Below are positions 44,583 to 60,409 of a stretch of 64,000 nt of DNA, piece by piece. The position numbers and the translations under genes are program-made. The DNA lies in assembly GCF_009914755.1 (NCBI RefSeq), contig NC_060931.1, one strand, 5' to 3'. Positions within the stretch are counted from its first letter, which is position 1, and the number at the start of each line of letters is the position of its first letter. This DNA comes from the human T2T-CHM13v2.0 reference genome, Homo sapiens. The notes below the pieces were generated by a model. It saw nothing but the letters and a program-made list of their open reading frames with translations. It had not been told where the DNA came from and made no database searches.

Positions 44583-45139
44583 AAAAAGGTAGATTTTTGC
44601 ATGCAAAAAAGACTATTCAGAACTTTATTGGGGAACTAAAAGCTGTTATTCTGTTAAATGATATACATTAAAAACTATAGTTTTCCCCTAGTTCTTAAAT
44701 TCAGCTTGCCAATCTAAATATTGTTGTCACTGTGCAGATTTTAATAATTTTTTTTAATGAATAATGTTTGGTCTCATTTACACATATATTTTCTCAGACA
44801 TTTAAATGGCATTTATAAATGTATACATTCTTTTTTATTTTAAAACATTTTAACTAAATTAACCAGATCTTTCCGAGTACTAAAACAATTTTGTTAATCT
44901 AAAAATTAAGCGTAAAAATACAATGAGATTTACCTTTTCTTAAATGTTCTATTTCTGAAAAGGAACACATTAAAATTTCAACTTAAAATCTTTTCTAAAT
45001 TGCTCAATTACATTTGAAATTGGAGTTGTAGTCTTTGCATTAAAAGCCAAAATTACCTTACATATCCACATAAATAAAATGTCAACCATACACAAATTCG
45101 TTCCTAACAAAATATTTATACTATTAAAAAAAAATTTAG

Positions 45140-45414
45140 AGGAAGTGATGTTGCTACCATGTTTGGAGTGGCTGACAACCCAAGCCCAGGTCCTGGTTGA
45201 CAACCAGCATCAACAAACAAACATGAGTGGCAAGTCTCCAGAGAATTTCAACTCCCAGTCTTTGAGCCATTGTAATTATGTTGAGTAGAACAAAAAAGGA
45301 TTATTCCCCCTGAGCCATGTCCAAATTGTAATTTGTGATCAAAATCCATGTTGTCTTTATGTTACGCCACCAAATTTTGGGGAGGATTGTTAAGTAGCAG
45401 TACGTAATTAACAC
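45140..45414 (+). mobile_element. MLT1 (G/H-like) LTR 3' part
   Basis: GACAACCAGCATCAAC, CTGAGCCATGTCCAAATTG, GCCACCAAATTTTGGGG...GCAGTACGTAATTAACACA. Confidence 0.7.
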
Positions 45415-45808
45415 AGCTGCTCAGAAACCTCCTTTAGAAATGTGGTGCCCATTTCTCCAGCTAATGGTAGTGTGAACAGCTGATTGGTAGGTTGTCAGTC
45501 AAGTCACTCTCTGGACTCCCTTTAGTTAAGGAGATTTGTTTCAAAATTCTCTGGATAACTTTCCTTCCCAGAATCAGCCCATATCAAATGACTGGTTGAT
45601 GGAGACTAACAACTCCTTGTTCTACACCTTATCAAGGTGGAAGAACAGTGAATGGCCACCTCAGCACTTGAGCTCCCTGTGGATCTTATGAGACCTTTAT
45701 CTGGATGTATTCACATCAGCTCTCCTTTTTGGGGAGAGCCCTTTCCAAAAAAGCTCCTGCACACAAATCTCCATCTCAGACTGTTTCCTTAGAATATAAC
45801 CTAAGACA
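45415..45808 (+). mobile_element. LTR16-like ERVL LTR
   Basis: CTCCTGCACACAAATCTCCATCTCAGACTGTTTCC...ACCTAAGACA 3' end; GAGCTCCCTGTGG. Confidence 0.7.
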
Positions 45809-46044
45809 CTTTTCTATATTTATATTAAAATCTTCCTAAGGTTAAAATATGCACTCTCACTAATGTAGGCAATTGCCTAAGCTTTTGAATGGGATGCTGA
45901 CTGTATTCTCATTGGCCATCCTGATATGACATCCTAAATTCGATTTCTTTTTTCTGTGTGAATAATTTCATTACTCAAAGGAGATAATCATGTAGGCCAA
46001 ATCCTTGGATTCAGTACTAATAGCAGTCAGCAAAACATATGCAG

Positions 46045-46700
46045 CTCCATCATTTAGGATCCAATAGGAGGCAATAACCATAGTAGTTATTTGAATTTAA
46101 TGAAGAGAATTGTTAATTAGTAGAAGATGGATAAGAGAGGTAAAAGAGGACTTTAAAAACTCCAGAAGTAGCAAGTACAAAAAAGCAACTACTACCTCTA
46201 AGCTGAGGGGGTATGGACAATAACAAAACAAGCAAAAACAAATGGACAAAATTAATGACTAGGGATTCTTGCTGCCAAAGTTGAGAGGCAGACTTCTTCC
46301 AATAGGAGAAACATGTAGACTTCTGGTTGTGAAGAAATTCCCAGAGGCTGTGAATGGGACGTAGTCTGTAGGAGTGCCCACAGTTGCTGGAGGGTGTGGC
46401 CAGGAAGAGCTAGAATTTCAGAATTGGTTGTTGGCAAGATCGTGACATGAAAGCACAGCTAGTTTGCTTCTGTGGGAGCTCCTGAAATTTTGCACTGAAT
46501 AATAATAATGGAAGACCAGAACCCCAAAGAGAGGTATCTTCCTTTATTACAGCCTTGCCAGATCTTTCCAGTGCCCTCTATTGATAATGCCTAGCATTTT
46601 GCAACTTGGCAAAGTAAATGTTACCTGGGTTGTATCATTACCATGAAGCATGGGAAGAAATAGATTTGGAGCTGAAAGAAAATAATATAGTATTGGAACA
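46045..46700. mobile_element. Ancient LTR (LTR78/79-like)
   Basis: GGATCCAATAGGAGGCAATAACCA...GAATTTAATGAAGAGAATTGTTAA and CCAGTGCCCTCTATTGA motifs. Confidence 0.45.
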
Positions 46701-48294
46701 CCTAGCTAATCACTTGATTGGATTTTGCATTTCTTTTGCTCTTTATAAACCTGCCTTACTAAATGCTTAAAGACCTTTGAACTTGACAGAATTCTGAACA
46801 ACTTCATTCTTGAACCATACATTTTTAACTGATATTTAAAATGCTATCTGATTGAATTTTGTTTACCTCATATGAATTTTTAACTTGCTTTTGCATCTTT
46901 TGAGATCAATTTATAGTCATGATGTATTGTATAAATTTGCTTTTGTTAGCTCAAACAAAACAATTTATTTCAAGGAAGTGTGTGAGAATAATTAAGACAG
47001 GAATAGGAATCTTAGCCATGTAATCAGTCTTCATAAGAACACAGGGAAAAGAGTCATAGTTGACTCTTTATATTTTGGTTGTCATTAATTTTCTCTGAAA
47101 TCGGAATGCACTCAGGTAGTGGAAGTATCCAAAGTTGAACCAGTGACTGCATTACCTTGTTGCTCACCCCCCCGACAGTGGTAATTAATGATTTTTTCTC
47201 ATGTGGTCTCTCAGTTGATCTATATGTTTTTCTTCTGCACCTGCCAACTAAAAACATTACTTTTACTGTGTGATGATGTTTTTCTACTTCACAGCATATA
47301 CTAATTTAGAATTTATCCTTAATTATGCCATTTTCTCCCTTCTAGCAATTACATGTTGCCTTTTCTCTATGGGTCTTTTAGCTTATGTTTCTGCTACCAA
47401 CATGTTGATATTTTCTCCATATCTCTAGTTCAAATTACAAAGAAGTAGACTTTTATTGATTTTGGCCAATTAATGATCTTTCTTCTTGGGAATAACTTAA
47501 TTCCAAACCACCTCATAAGTTCCTAGCTGTTTCATGGATTGACTCTCATTGAGTTGATGGTTAACTCCTGATCAAATCAGTAACCATCAGTAGTGTAAGT
47601 TCATGTGGCAGACAATATGGTCACCAACTTTAGGTTAGAATCCAAATAAAATTACTTCTCTCAGCAAATTACTCACCACATGAAAGGGATATATTGGACT
47701 GGTAGAACAGACCAGAAACTTTGAAAGGTCCTCCATAGTACACAACTCAATCTAAAAATACCAATGAAAGAGAGTTCCCCAAAGAATTTCTCATCGCTGG
47801 TTCCCGCCAGTGGCTTTTATAACTTTGTATCAGCACCAACAGTGACTTCAGTTGACTGTGCTGATGAACAATGATGGGATCTCCCATGGGTTTCTCTTTT
47901 TGACAGTTCCCTATGTCCCTTACCAACAGCTTGCTAGCCTCTTGGAGAATGAAGAGTTCACAATTGCCCTGTCAGCATAACATACAACTAAGCCATAGCT
48001 GAGGCAAAGCTTTTTTAGAGTTTTTATAGTCACCTCAAATTTGCAGTTGTTGTGACCATTTCACTGAGCCCTCCTTGACTCAGAGTCAGCTCAACTGCTA
48101 CAATGTTCAATATTCCCTCTTGGGGGTGGGGGCAGGGGTGGCAGGAAGGAGCTCGCTCTACCCCCTCATGCATTATAAAGATGAAAACATGTTCATTTAA
48201 TTTAAATCTTACCACTGCGAATTTGGACTTTGCTTTAATTCTCTTCTACCTTTGTAAAAACTATTTATTAAAAAAAGGCAAATTCGGCATAGAT

Positions 48295-48490
48295 GCTTAG
48301 AGTTTGAAGGAACCCTTTAGATTATATAGTCAGTACCCCTAATTTTAGAGATGAAGAGAAAAAGCTCCTCCTCAAGTACCCCCTAGAAAATATTCAAGTG
48401 GTTACTCCCTTTCCATCTGTCAATAGATGAGACTAGAACTCAGGCTCTTGACTCTTAAGCCCAGTGCTCTTTCTACTATACCATGCTGCC
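48295..48490 (-). mobile_element. MIR-family fragment(s)
   Basis: ATTTTAGAGATGAAG, ACTAGAACTCAGGCTCTTGACTC, CCAGTGCTCTTTCTACTATACCATGCTGCC. Confidence 0.7.
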
Positions 48491-50645
48491 CCCTTGTGTT
48501 AATCAGATTTCTTAAGAATTAGTGATTTCATTCACAAGAACAAATTTTATCTGATTGAAAGAGCTATTTGCAAAACATGAATGCATAAGCTTATATAAAA
48601 GGATCAGAAGATCCGACATAAACCTCCATTTCACAGTATTTTACCATTTATTTGTATTACTATGCATACTTAAAAACATATTTGTCTTTTCTTCTAATAT
48701 TAAATTATGTCTTCTTCTAAGATAAAATTAAGGCCCTAAAAGGTAAAGATCGAACACAAAGTTGTGTATTGCAGTGGGAATGAAGGGACAGTCTTACTTT
48801 TAAAAAATCACCATCTTTAATTGATCCTCAACCTGTCTTAATATATCAATGATTCTTTTTACTGTAGTTATAGATAGGGTTAATTGGTGTCCTGAGGCAT
48901 CATGGAGGTCCCTGAGAAAAGTCACAGAATAAAGGGAATAGAAGAACCACCTTTTTAATAGTAAGCATTAAACATTGTGAAAAGTAATAGAAAAAATAAC
49001 CCAACTTAGAGCATAATAGTCAATTTTACCATATATTTTCACTCAACCCCCTCCCAACAGAAAGTATATTTATAAATAGAAGAACAAAACCAATAAAATA
49101 TAAGTAAAAAATTAAAAAAACTCTGACTCGATCTGTTATAAGAAGAATTTAAAAGTGTAGAACCGATGTATCGGGGGAAGACAGAAACAGAAGAAAAAAT
49201 AGGGTAACTAATAAATGAGAGGAAGCAAAGAATTAATTATTGCACTAAGAAGGCTGATATATTGAGCTCATTTTAAAATGTCTTTAAGAAAGAATGAAGA
49301 AGAAAAATTTAAATAAGGAGGAACTAATAAAGACAATGAAAATTGCTTATAAAAATGTTAAGGAAAATGTGGAGGACATTTTAAAATAGACTAGTGATTC
49401 AGAGCATCTTAAGTAGGATTGTGGAGGCCCTTTTAAAAAAATCTGTGACCAAGACATAGTCAAACATGTAAGCATTGACTTGTATTTTATGTTCTTCATT
49501 AACTTTGAATTTTCACAAACATATAAATTACACCTTAAAATATGTATCATTCAAGAAGGATTTCACAGGAGGTGCAGAATCAGTACATACATCTCTATTG
49601 CTCTCCTTTTCCTCTTACCTCTGAGTTTCTTTCTGATCATCTTTGAAGAGATTGCTAGCATAAAATGGCATTTGACTAGCATTCCCCAATACAGCCCATT
49701 CCAGCCCTATACCCAAATGCCCAGGAAGAACAGAAAACAACAAAAGTTCATAACATTGAAAAGTAACATTGAATAACAAATCACCATTGGAAATGTTGAG
49801 AAACACCCATCTATACTCTGTAGTATATTAACCTTAGGAAATGGAGTCCATTAATTTAAACAGCAGGAAGATGTTTTGCAATTCTCTGTTGTCTAAGCCT
49901 TGAATCATGAGCTGTACAAACCCCCAAACTGTCCATCCACTTAATTCTTCACGAATGAAGGTGGCAACATCACTGTTTTCTGCCCTTCCTTCATTCTTAT
50001 TTAATATTCATTCAGAAATAACTAGTTATAGGAGACCACAGAGCAAGAATGGATGAGGAAGCCAGAGAAGAACTGGAGTTAAGTTACGTTTAGCTTGCCA
50101 TTAGCAAAGTATTATGGATGTTTTTCAAAACTGAAAATATCTTAATATACTACATTCTAGGGGTTTTTTCTATTCACCTAAACCACTGTTAATCACACAA
50201 CAACTAGGAAATGGAAGTAGGACATTCTACATCAATACATTAGTGCTACATAGCATAAATAACTTTCCAAAAACTGAGGGATTAGGATGAGAGCTTTGAA
50301 CTGGAACCTTTATTAAAGAAAAAAATATGATTATTACTTAAGAGAATAGTGACAACAAGACAACAATAGGAAACTAAGAATGCATGACCAGAATTTAAAA
50401 AATAATCATGTAAAAATTTAAAATTAGTTGATGAGAAGCACGGTCTTGAAAAATTTGGCCAAAATGCAGAAAAGAAGTTCAGGACTTGAAGAGATACTAG
50501 AGAAGATGGCTGATGCAACGAACAAACTCAGTACCATTTCTAGAAATTTTATGTAACCCCAAGGAAGAAAGCAGAGCAACTGAAACAACGCCAATTAGAA
50601 AGCCCATGTCTGCAGATTAAAAATCTGTCTTCCAGGTAAATTCCA

Positions 50646-50850
50646 TGTAGCTGATAGGATGAGACAGCTCACTAAATGTCCATTTCAACTCCCTTCTCCC
50701 TGCCTTCCTTTGCTCTTGATGCTATTAAGAGAAACGCTTGGCTTTTCACACCCTCTGGAATTTGGAAATGGTCATGAGATTTAATTCTAGCTGTAAAGGT
50801 ACAAAATGAAATCTATGGGAGAGCTTCTGTTACTAAATACAAAGGCAAAG
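50646..50850 (+). mobile_element. MLT1 LTR 5' fragment
   Basis: TGGTCATGAGATTTAATTCTAGC...GAAATCTATGGGAGAGCTTCTG. Confidence 0.5.
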
Positions 50851-51451
50851 ACAAAGTCTCAATTATTATTACATCCCTAGTAGTAGTAGAATGCCTGTTT
50901 TATTAATTCAAGTACACCATTCTCTGGAGTTATTTATAAACTGTTGTTTATCTAGGAAATTCTGTAGTTTATAGCTCTAAATTATTTTATGTAGTAGTAT
51001 TAAAATGTAAACTTGGCAAGTAAATTTAACTAGTGCGTTATATTATACCATTGGAGCTTCCAAGTGACTGGGAGGTAAGTTAAAATGTTTAAATAAGATA
51101 CAAATAGTTACTGTTGAACAGATGAACTGTATCTTTGGATTTAAGGAATGTTTGCAAAATTAATTATGGCATAATCAAGCAGAATTACAGTTTTATCTGT
51201 ACACTGGCAGAAATAATTTGTTTTTAGTTATCTCTGTGAAGAAAAACCTAAACAATAAAACATCACCACTCTCAAGATATTTTTGAAAGAGAAAATGAAA
51301 GCCATTCTTTGTCAAAGTTCGGAGTTAAGTTCTTAATTGAATTAATCAATACCTTTAAGTGAAAATATAAATTAAATATGGTAGCCGGAAAAGAGGTAAA
51401 GAGTTAGAATGCTGAAACGTTTTATTGTAACATTTTGGCATTTATCATTGA

Positions 51452-51853
<402 letters not shown>

Positions 51854-52039
51854 TCAGAGTGTTTCTTGGGTCATATTTCTAGATGTTAGTCACTTGTTAA
51901 TAAGTTCTTGACTGAATTAATCAGTACTTTCTCATTCAAGTCATAAGGGCAAGGACAAATTATGAGAATCTGTCTCATAATACAGATGTGTCAGAAAATC
52001 CAGTGGGTATTTATTGTGACTCAGGATATTTTTATTTTC

Positions 52040-52469
52040 TGAGGACAGAACCATTATTCTTCTGGGAAACACTTGGCCCATCTTTGAATCCAATCTTGTG
52101 TTTTGAATGGGAGAGGACATGTTCTTATAGGCCTCATACCCCAAAGCAGAGATGAACACCTGATGTACAGGGCCAGTCAGAGCCCTCCATAGGTAATACT
52201 ACCCAGTATTTTCTAGATATATAAGAAATATAACTCTAGAGAAGCTCATTACCATCTTTCCAAACACCAGAAAGTGAGTTTGCACCAAAAACAAATATAT
52301 AAGGCCAAATACAGAGAATGATGGACTCGTTGTCCTGGACATTTGCCCTCCACTCACTTTGGTTTGGTTACATGAGATAGCCTACTACCATTCTAATAAA
52401 TTTCTTGTTGCATTCAGGCTTATTCAAAAGGGTTTTTCATGCTTGCAAATGAGAGCTCTTGAGAATACA
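52040..52469 (+). mobile_element. MLT1 (K/L-like) LTR
   Basis: GGCCAGTCAGAGCCCTCC, AATAAATTTC, CTTGCAAATGAGAGCTCTTGAGAATACA end. Confidence 0.5.
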
Positions 52470-52819
52470 GTGTAATCATAGAATGCATGTTATCAATAGA
52501 CCAATTCCAGTGAATCAATATAGTGGTAAGTGTTTAATCAGTGTGGTCAATTTAGAAAGGAATAACAGATAATGTAAACTGTGTAATCAGAGAGAGGAAA
52601 AAAATCACCTGGTACACTTCTTAATTTAATGAAAAGAAAGCTAGGATGAGATTCTTTAGGAACAGTATTTCTCAATATGTAGCCATCAGAAACCTGCACC
52701 ATAATCACTTAGAATGATGGCTAAAGGGAACACTCCTGGGCTGCCATTCAGACCTAGGACATCAGAATCTCAAGGGGCAGGGGACTAGGAGAGGTGCATC
52801 TTTTAACAATACCCTAGGC

Positions 52820-53425
52820 CAGGGGTGTCCGATGTTTTGGCTTCCCTGGGTGTATTAGTCCATTTTCATACTGCTATGAAGAATACCCAAGACTGGGTAA
52901 TTTATAAAGAAAATAAGGTTTAATGGACTTATAGTTCTACATGGCTGGAAGGCCTCACAATCATGGAGGAGGATGAAGGAGGAGCAAAGCCATGTCTTAC
53001 ATGGTGGCAGGCAAGAGATCATGTGCAGGGGAACTGTGCTTTATAAAACTATCAGATCTCATGACACTTATTCACTATCAAGAGAACAGCATAGGAAAAA
53101 CCCATACCTATGATTCAATTACCTCCCACTGGGTTCATCCCATGACATGTGGGTATTATGTGGGTATTATGGGAGCTACAATTCAAGATGATATTTGGGT
53201 GGGGACACAGCCAAACCATATCACTGGGCCATGTTGGAAGACGAATTGTCTTGAGCCACACAGAAAATACACCAACACTAACGATAGCTGATGAGCTTTA
53301 AAAAGAAAAAAACTCTCAAAAAAAATCTAATAATGTTTTAGGAAAGTTTACGAATTTGTGTTGGCCTGCATTCAAAGCCATCCTAGGCTGCATGAAGCCC
53401 ACAGACCACAGATTGGACAAGCTTG
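52820..53425 (+). mobile_element. MER30 hAT MITE split by THE1B
   Basis: CAGGGGTGTCCGATGTTTTGGCTTCCCTGGG...ACTAACGATAGCTGATGAGC...TTGGACAAGCTTG. Confidence 0.9.
52851..53223 (-). mobile_element. THE1B-like MaLR solo LTR
   Basis: TGTATTAGTCCATTTTCA...GGGGACACAGCCAAACCATATCA; perfect TSD CTGGG; internal 11-bp duplication at 53147-53168. Confidence 0.93.
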
Positions 53426-53641
53426 CCTTAGATAATTCTAACATGGGTTAAAAGTTGAGAACCACTGCCTTAGAGGAATGACCGTTTTTATTAGGATGCT
53501 GATAAAAATGCAGCTTTGAGAGGCAATACATGTACATTAAGGATCCAATTGTGTAGAGTGCAGAAAAACTATGTAAGAGAAAAATCCAGAGAGTGGTACA
53601 ATGTCAACAAATAGAGAAAGTGCAAGTATAAGTACAGGGTC

Positions 53642-54671
<1,030 letters not shown>

Positions 54672-57112
54672 AGGTGTTTTTTTTTTAAGGGGAATATATT
54701 GACTTGGTTTTCTTACGTATGATAGCAAAGGTTATTTCTGCATATACTTGTTGCTGACATATGAATGTTTTATGTCATTGCTAATAGCTAATATATGTAT
54801 GAAAAATGAAAAATCCATTTTAATCAGTGAATTAGTGCCTATTGTAAAATAACCACCCCAAAATATCTGTTCAACTTCCCCTCAACTGTATCAAATAAAT
54901 TTTCATTAAAATAATGATTTTGGCTTGCATTGGGACTACCCATCTGATTCAACCAAATTTTCTTACCTCAAAAACAGACTCTTAATTATGGCTTCTACTA
55001 AATTGAAGGTCTCAAATCAGATGCCTAAATCTGAGCAATTTTCAGAGGAAAACTATTTGTTCCAGGTAAATGTCAAACAAACTAGATAAAATATCAAATG
55101 AAGAGCCATCATAAATATGATCATTTGCTCAATGAAGTTCAATTTTCTATCTAGCCAGCAAACATGTTTTTTTTTTTTTTTTAATTACAAGAAATGCAGG
55201 ATTGAATGCCTCTGAGAAGAACCGCCACAATCTAACCATCTTGTCAATTCCATTCCCTGGAACCTCAGGAGTTGAGTCTTCCTACCAGTTTCACGGAGTC
55301 CACATCAGCCTTCTTTTTCTATTCCTCGATCTTCCATTTCAGACAGTGTTGGTAATTGGTTTTTAATCAGTTCATTTACCTGAATGATTTATACTGCCTC
55401 AGGTAGGCACAATTTAATGACACCCATTATAGTGCTTTAGATTATTTCACAAATAGATATGCTGTTGTCCTTCAAGATTGAAGATCCATGCATATGAGTG
55501 TTATCATTCATACTTCTCTGATGTAAAGTCCAGTGCATGACTGACAATGATAAGAAATGATAGTTTACCACGTGTGAACTATGTAGCAGGCATTTTGCTA
55601 AGTGCTTTATACGCATTATCTTATTTAACAGACATTTTCATAGAACAGAAGTAAACAGAATCAATCACTGTCCATGGAGTTGCATTTATTTTGTATAGAG
55701 GCTATTTACAATTGTTTCTTCTCTATTTCTCAGATGACCAATTCTTTGCTCAAAATTGTCAGTTCACTTTGAGCATTAATAACAAACTGAGAAAATCACT
55801 AAACCAACTAGGTAAGAAATCTAGGTTCATTCTTGATTCTGGCAATAACTGTGAGAACTTAATTCAGTGACTTAACCTTTGAGTTTAGACCAGCTCTCCT
55901 GAAAGGACTCTTGTAGTTCTGACATAATGTGGCTCACTCCCTCCAAATTCCTGTTCTCATTTTGATTGATTAGCTACTTGGGGTGCTGTCAAATCTTCCG
56001 TAGTAAAATCTACGCTTGTTTTTCAATGTTCCATTAAAATATAATTTCTGCCTAAACTGTTTAAAAAACATTCTACTCATCATTCAGTTACTTTAAAGTT
56101 ATGCACTGTTACACAAATGACTTACCCAAGTAAGGACATTCTCTCAGGAACTACACTGGTTTCACAACTAAAAAAACAGCAAGTGAATAAATAGAGTTAT
56201 AAGCAAACTTAGAAAGTGTTCTAATAATAAAAAGATGATGTTTTTTACTTCAACATGTCCTTTCTTCTATGTAAGTTCCTATGAACACAATAAAATATTT
56301 TTAAATGTTTCTTATAATTAATTTGCATAAATGCACCATCACATATGTGAATTAAGAGGTATAATTGGTACTTAGGAACAGATTCTGGTATTGTTTATGT
56401 GAAATAAAAAATTCAAAATGTCTTTGCTGATTAACTGTGGGTAAATTTAAAGAGGCACATATTAGTATTGGGGCTTCATCCAATTATAAAGCTTTGTGTG
56501 GAAATTGTACAACAAATATTTGGGGATGACATAAGCTGTCTTGTTTTACCGACACATAATCTTAAGGAAACATAAATATCTTTACAATATTTTTCTTACT
56601 TTGATTAAAATATTTTTAGTATTTACTTTGTACTTAAGGTAATTGGCAGACTTTTGTCAAATATCTGCTTCCCAATGTATACAATTTCTGAGGATAGTGT
56701 TGCATTTTTCTAGTTGTTCTGCAGACTGTCTTAAGTTTAGGCAAGCAGATCTAAGATTTTACATAAATACTATAGTATAATAATTCTAACTCACTGTCAG
56801 CATATTTAGATATGATCTTATCTGTACTCCTGCATTACGTTTGCATGTTTCAATTAAGTTCACCTCACTCATATATAAATATGTAACTGGAAGAAAAATA
56901 GAGTGGAGTGGGAGAGCTTAACTCAGAATTGTATCTTCCCTAAGAGATAGAAAAGTATTTATTTCAAAGCATCCCTTGAGCATTTTTGTACCCAGAGGAT
57001 GAGCATGCAGGGGCTGAAAGTCTTGTTGACTGGGAAGGACTTAGCCGTAGTACACCTTTTATGTACCTGAAGACACCGGTATATGTTTCTCCTTTCTCCT
57101 TCTTAATCTAGC

Positions 57113-57438
57113 ACTGTACTGTCCAATACAGTAGCCAATAACCACTTGTGACTACTGAACACTTGAAATAAGCCTAGCCTGAATTGAGATGTTCTATAAG
57201 TGTGAAATACATACCAGATTTTGAAAACCAGATATATTAAAAATGTAGTGCAAATTATACTATTTTTATATTAATTATATGTTGAAATAATAAATTTTAC
57301 ATGTATTGGATTAAATGAAATATATTTTAAAGTAATAATTCTTTTTACTCTTTTAAATGTGCCTGCTCAAAAAGTTACAATTACATATGTGGCTCAAATG
57401 ATTTTTTATTATTATTATTATTATTATTGACAATACTG
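57113..57438. mobile_element. MER33/MER3-like hAT MITE
   Basis: CTGTCCAATACAGTAGCCA...CTGAATTGAGATG...AAATACATACCAGATTTTGAA...AATTACATATGTGGCTC...TTGACAATACTG. Confidence 0.8.
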
Positions 57439-57704
57439 ATACAGATTCAGACCACATTGTCTTTGACAATTATTTTTGTCAGTGGGTTATGGGTATGATG
57501 CAATTATTTCATGCCAAATGATGAAGAATAACACAGAGCTTTGAGTTCACCCAAACCCATTGTGATCAAGGCTTTCCTGGACTGTCCTACTGAACTCCCC
57601 AGCTCCTGCATCCTATCTTACCATCCTCCCTTCCCCACCCTCTATCACCATAGTATCTTTCTAAATTAAGTAACTTAAACTTTGGGAAAATGCACTACAC
57701 AACA

Positions 57705-57900
57705 CATCTAACACTATGTGCCAGGCACAGTTCTCAGCCCTTTATAACTATCAGTTCAACTAACTTTTAGAACAATTCTATGAAGTGGTTTCCATTATAA
57801 ACCCCATTTTACAGATGAGAAAACTGAGGTACAGACAAGCTAATAAATTTGCCCAAGGCCACAGACCTAGTTAAAAGCAAAATTACGGCAGTCTGGCCTC
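57705..57900 (-). mobile_element. MIR SINE
   Basis: CTATGTGCCAGGCAC, CCCCATTTTACAGATGAGAAAACTGAGG, TTGCCCAAGGCCACA. Confidence 0.9.
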
Positions 57901-58324
57901 TGGGTATGAACACATTTTTTTTTTCTTTACAATTCAAATGAAACTGGGTCTTTGTGAGTCAAATTAAATTGGCTTAAACCTTTGTCAAACTTTGTTAAGA
58001 TGCTGAAAGCCCTCCATATTTCCTTCTCTCTCTGGCTTTGTCATTTTTACTGACCAACATCCCACAGATTCCCCAACCCACTTGCTAAGCTCTTCACCCT
58101 TCTGGTACTCCCAGATCACTCTCTTCCTATAGAAATTTCAAAATTTGCATTGGTTATGCACAGCAATTTATCATTATTGGCCCCACTCGATAGACTGTTT
58201 GCCTTCCCACACATGTCCTCAGACTCTTCTTTTTACAACCAAATAGGAAAAAGGAGCACAAATTTTAAGAAGGAAAAAAATAATCTATCCCCTTAGGAGA
58301 TAGCAGCATCTGGTGATACTTGTG

Positions 58325-58500
58325 AATTTAAATAGCATTTTGTTTCTCACTATCACACTGATAACAACCTTGTGTGAGAAATGTTGTTATCATTATACAC
58401 AGTGGGCAACTGAGTCACAGAAAGTAAATAACATTTGCAAGGTCACGCAGCCATCATGGAGCAGAAAAGGGTTCCTGCCAGACATAGGGTCTATAACTCA
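58325..58500 (-). mobile_element. MIR fragment
   Basis: AACAACCTTGTG...CAACTGAGTCACAGAAAGTAAATAACATTTGCAAGGTCACGCAGC. Confidence 0.6.
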
Positions 58501-59839
58501 CTGTACTGGTTGTGCTTCATATCTATCCACATTGCGTGAGTTCTTCTGGGTTCTCTGTCCCAGGACTTGGCTTCTGTAAGCGCTCACATATGCATCAGTT
58601 TAGATGACCATAATTTATACATGTGTCATCACCACAGTGCCACCAGATACTGCTAGGATGCCTGGGCTATCCTTCCTGATGTCATGGCATTATGTTGTCC
58701 AATAACTTTGGACACCACCTATGTCATTCTTTTCCTTCAGGTTTAGGAAAGGAATTTATAGTCATGTGTTATTGTGATCACAAATAATGTCTTTGGCCAA
58801 ACACCTATGTGGCTTAGAAAACAAAATTCCTCAATCTGTAATTGTTATCACCATGTAGATAAAGGGAAGATGAAGGTCAGGCAGTGCTATATTCTCTCTG
58901 TTAAGTAAGGAAATAATAAATGCTTCCCAGATGTGGAAAGATGGAAAAATTGAGGCTATTAGAAAAGAAATTATTAGTGGATCAAAAGTAGTTAAAAGAA
59001 ATGTGAGTGTTCAGAACTTGACTGGAGAGCAAACTAATCAGCCAATGAAAACCTTTTGAGTTAATAATGAATGTCTCATCTCAACTTGAAACAAATCTGT
59101 CTGCTCTATTGGAAACATATAATATCAAAGGAGAAGAAAGCTGTCCCATAAAGGCATGGTAGCATTTGAACATCAATTTGACATGTAGTGTAATTTCCTT
59201 ACCAAGGACCGTGAATATCATATTGAAGCCTACTACAGAAATACTACTCAAATTCTCCAACATAACTCATCTGAATAGGAAAAGTTTCAGCACAAGTCAG
59301 AGGAGATATAGGGGAAAAGGCTTGAGGCTGATGAATTTCACTTATGACCAAAAAACCATGACCTTGACTTATTTCCATTTAATACTAATCTATTATCTCT
59401 AAACCAGGAACAAGTGAAACTGAAATCAGTCAGAAGCCAGAGTTATTTCTGCTCCAGATTTACTCTAAGTAGTGCTATGTCATCCGAATACATTTGTATG
59501 GAAGTGACAAGAGTCAGGGAATGTTCAGTTCTGATCTGTGCTTTTTTACTATTTTAAGTACCAGGGAAAGATGATAGTGATTAAACAACTCTGTTTCCAG
59601 CATATAGCAAATGGCATGCATATAGAAGATGAGAAAAATATTTTATTAATCTTATTCCAATGTTATCTTACATAATATATTCAGAAGGCAGCTTTTTATT
59701 ACCTATATAGAAAAAGTTTTGAGAAATGTCAAGCTAATATTTCAATTGTTTTTAAAATGTGTTTTTCCCTAGGCATCCCAAAAGTGGGTTATTGTGCAGA
59801 TTGTGGGAAGCTTCAACTAGTGTTATGCATTCTGTTTCC

Positions 59840-59936
59840 TTTTTTTTTTCTGGAGATGGAGCCTTGCTCTGTTGCGAGTGTAGTGGCATAATATCGGCTC
59901 ATAAAACCTCCATGTCCTGGGTTCAAGTGTTTCTCA
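59840..59936 (-). mobile_element. Short diverged Alu 3' fragment
   Basis: Poly(T)-GAGATGGAGCCTTGCTCTGTTGC...CCTGGGTTCAAGTG. Confidence 0.75.
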
Positions 59937-59956
59937 AAACTCAGATCCCTTACTAA

Positions 59957-60409
<453 letters not shown>

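Larger units (their letters stand above)
52663..53467. mobile_element. MER5A MITE split by MER30
   Basis: CAGTATTTCTCAA...CATCAGAATCTC...TTTTAACAA then GATAATTCTAA...AAGTTGAGAACCACTG. Confidence 0.8.

Noticed and set aside
48900-50640. A-rich stretches possibly from HAL1 or L1 ORF1
   Set aside because: Too degraded to assign family or boundaries by eye.
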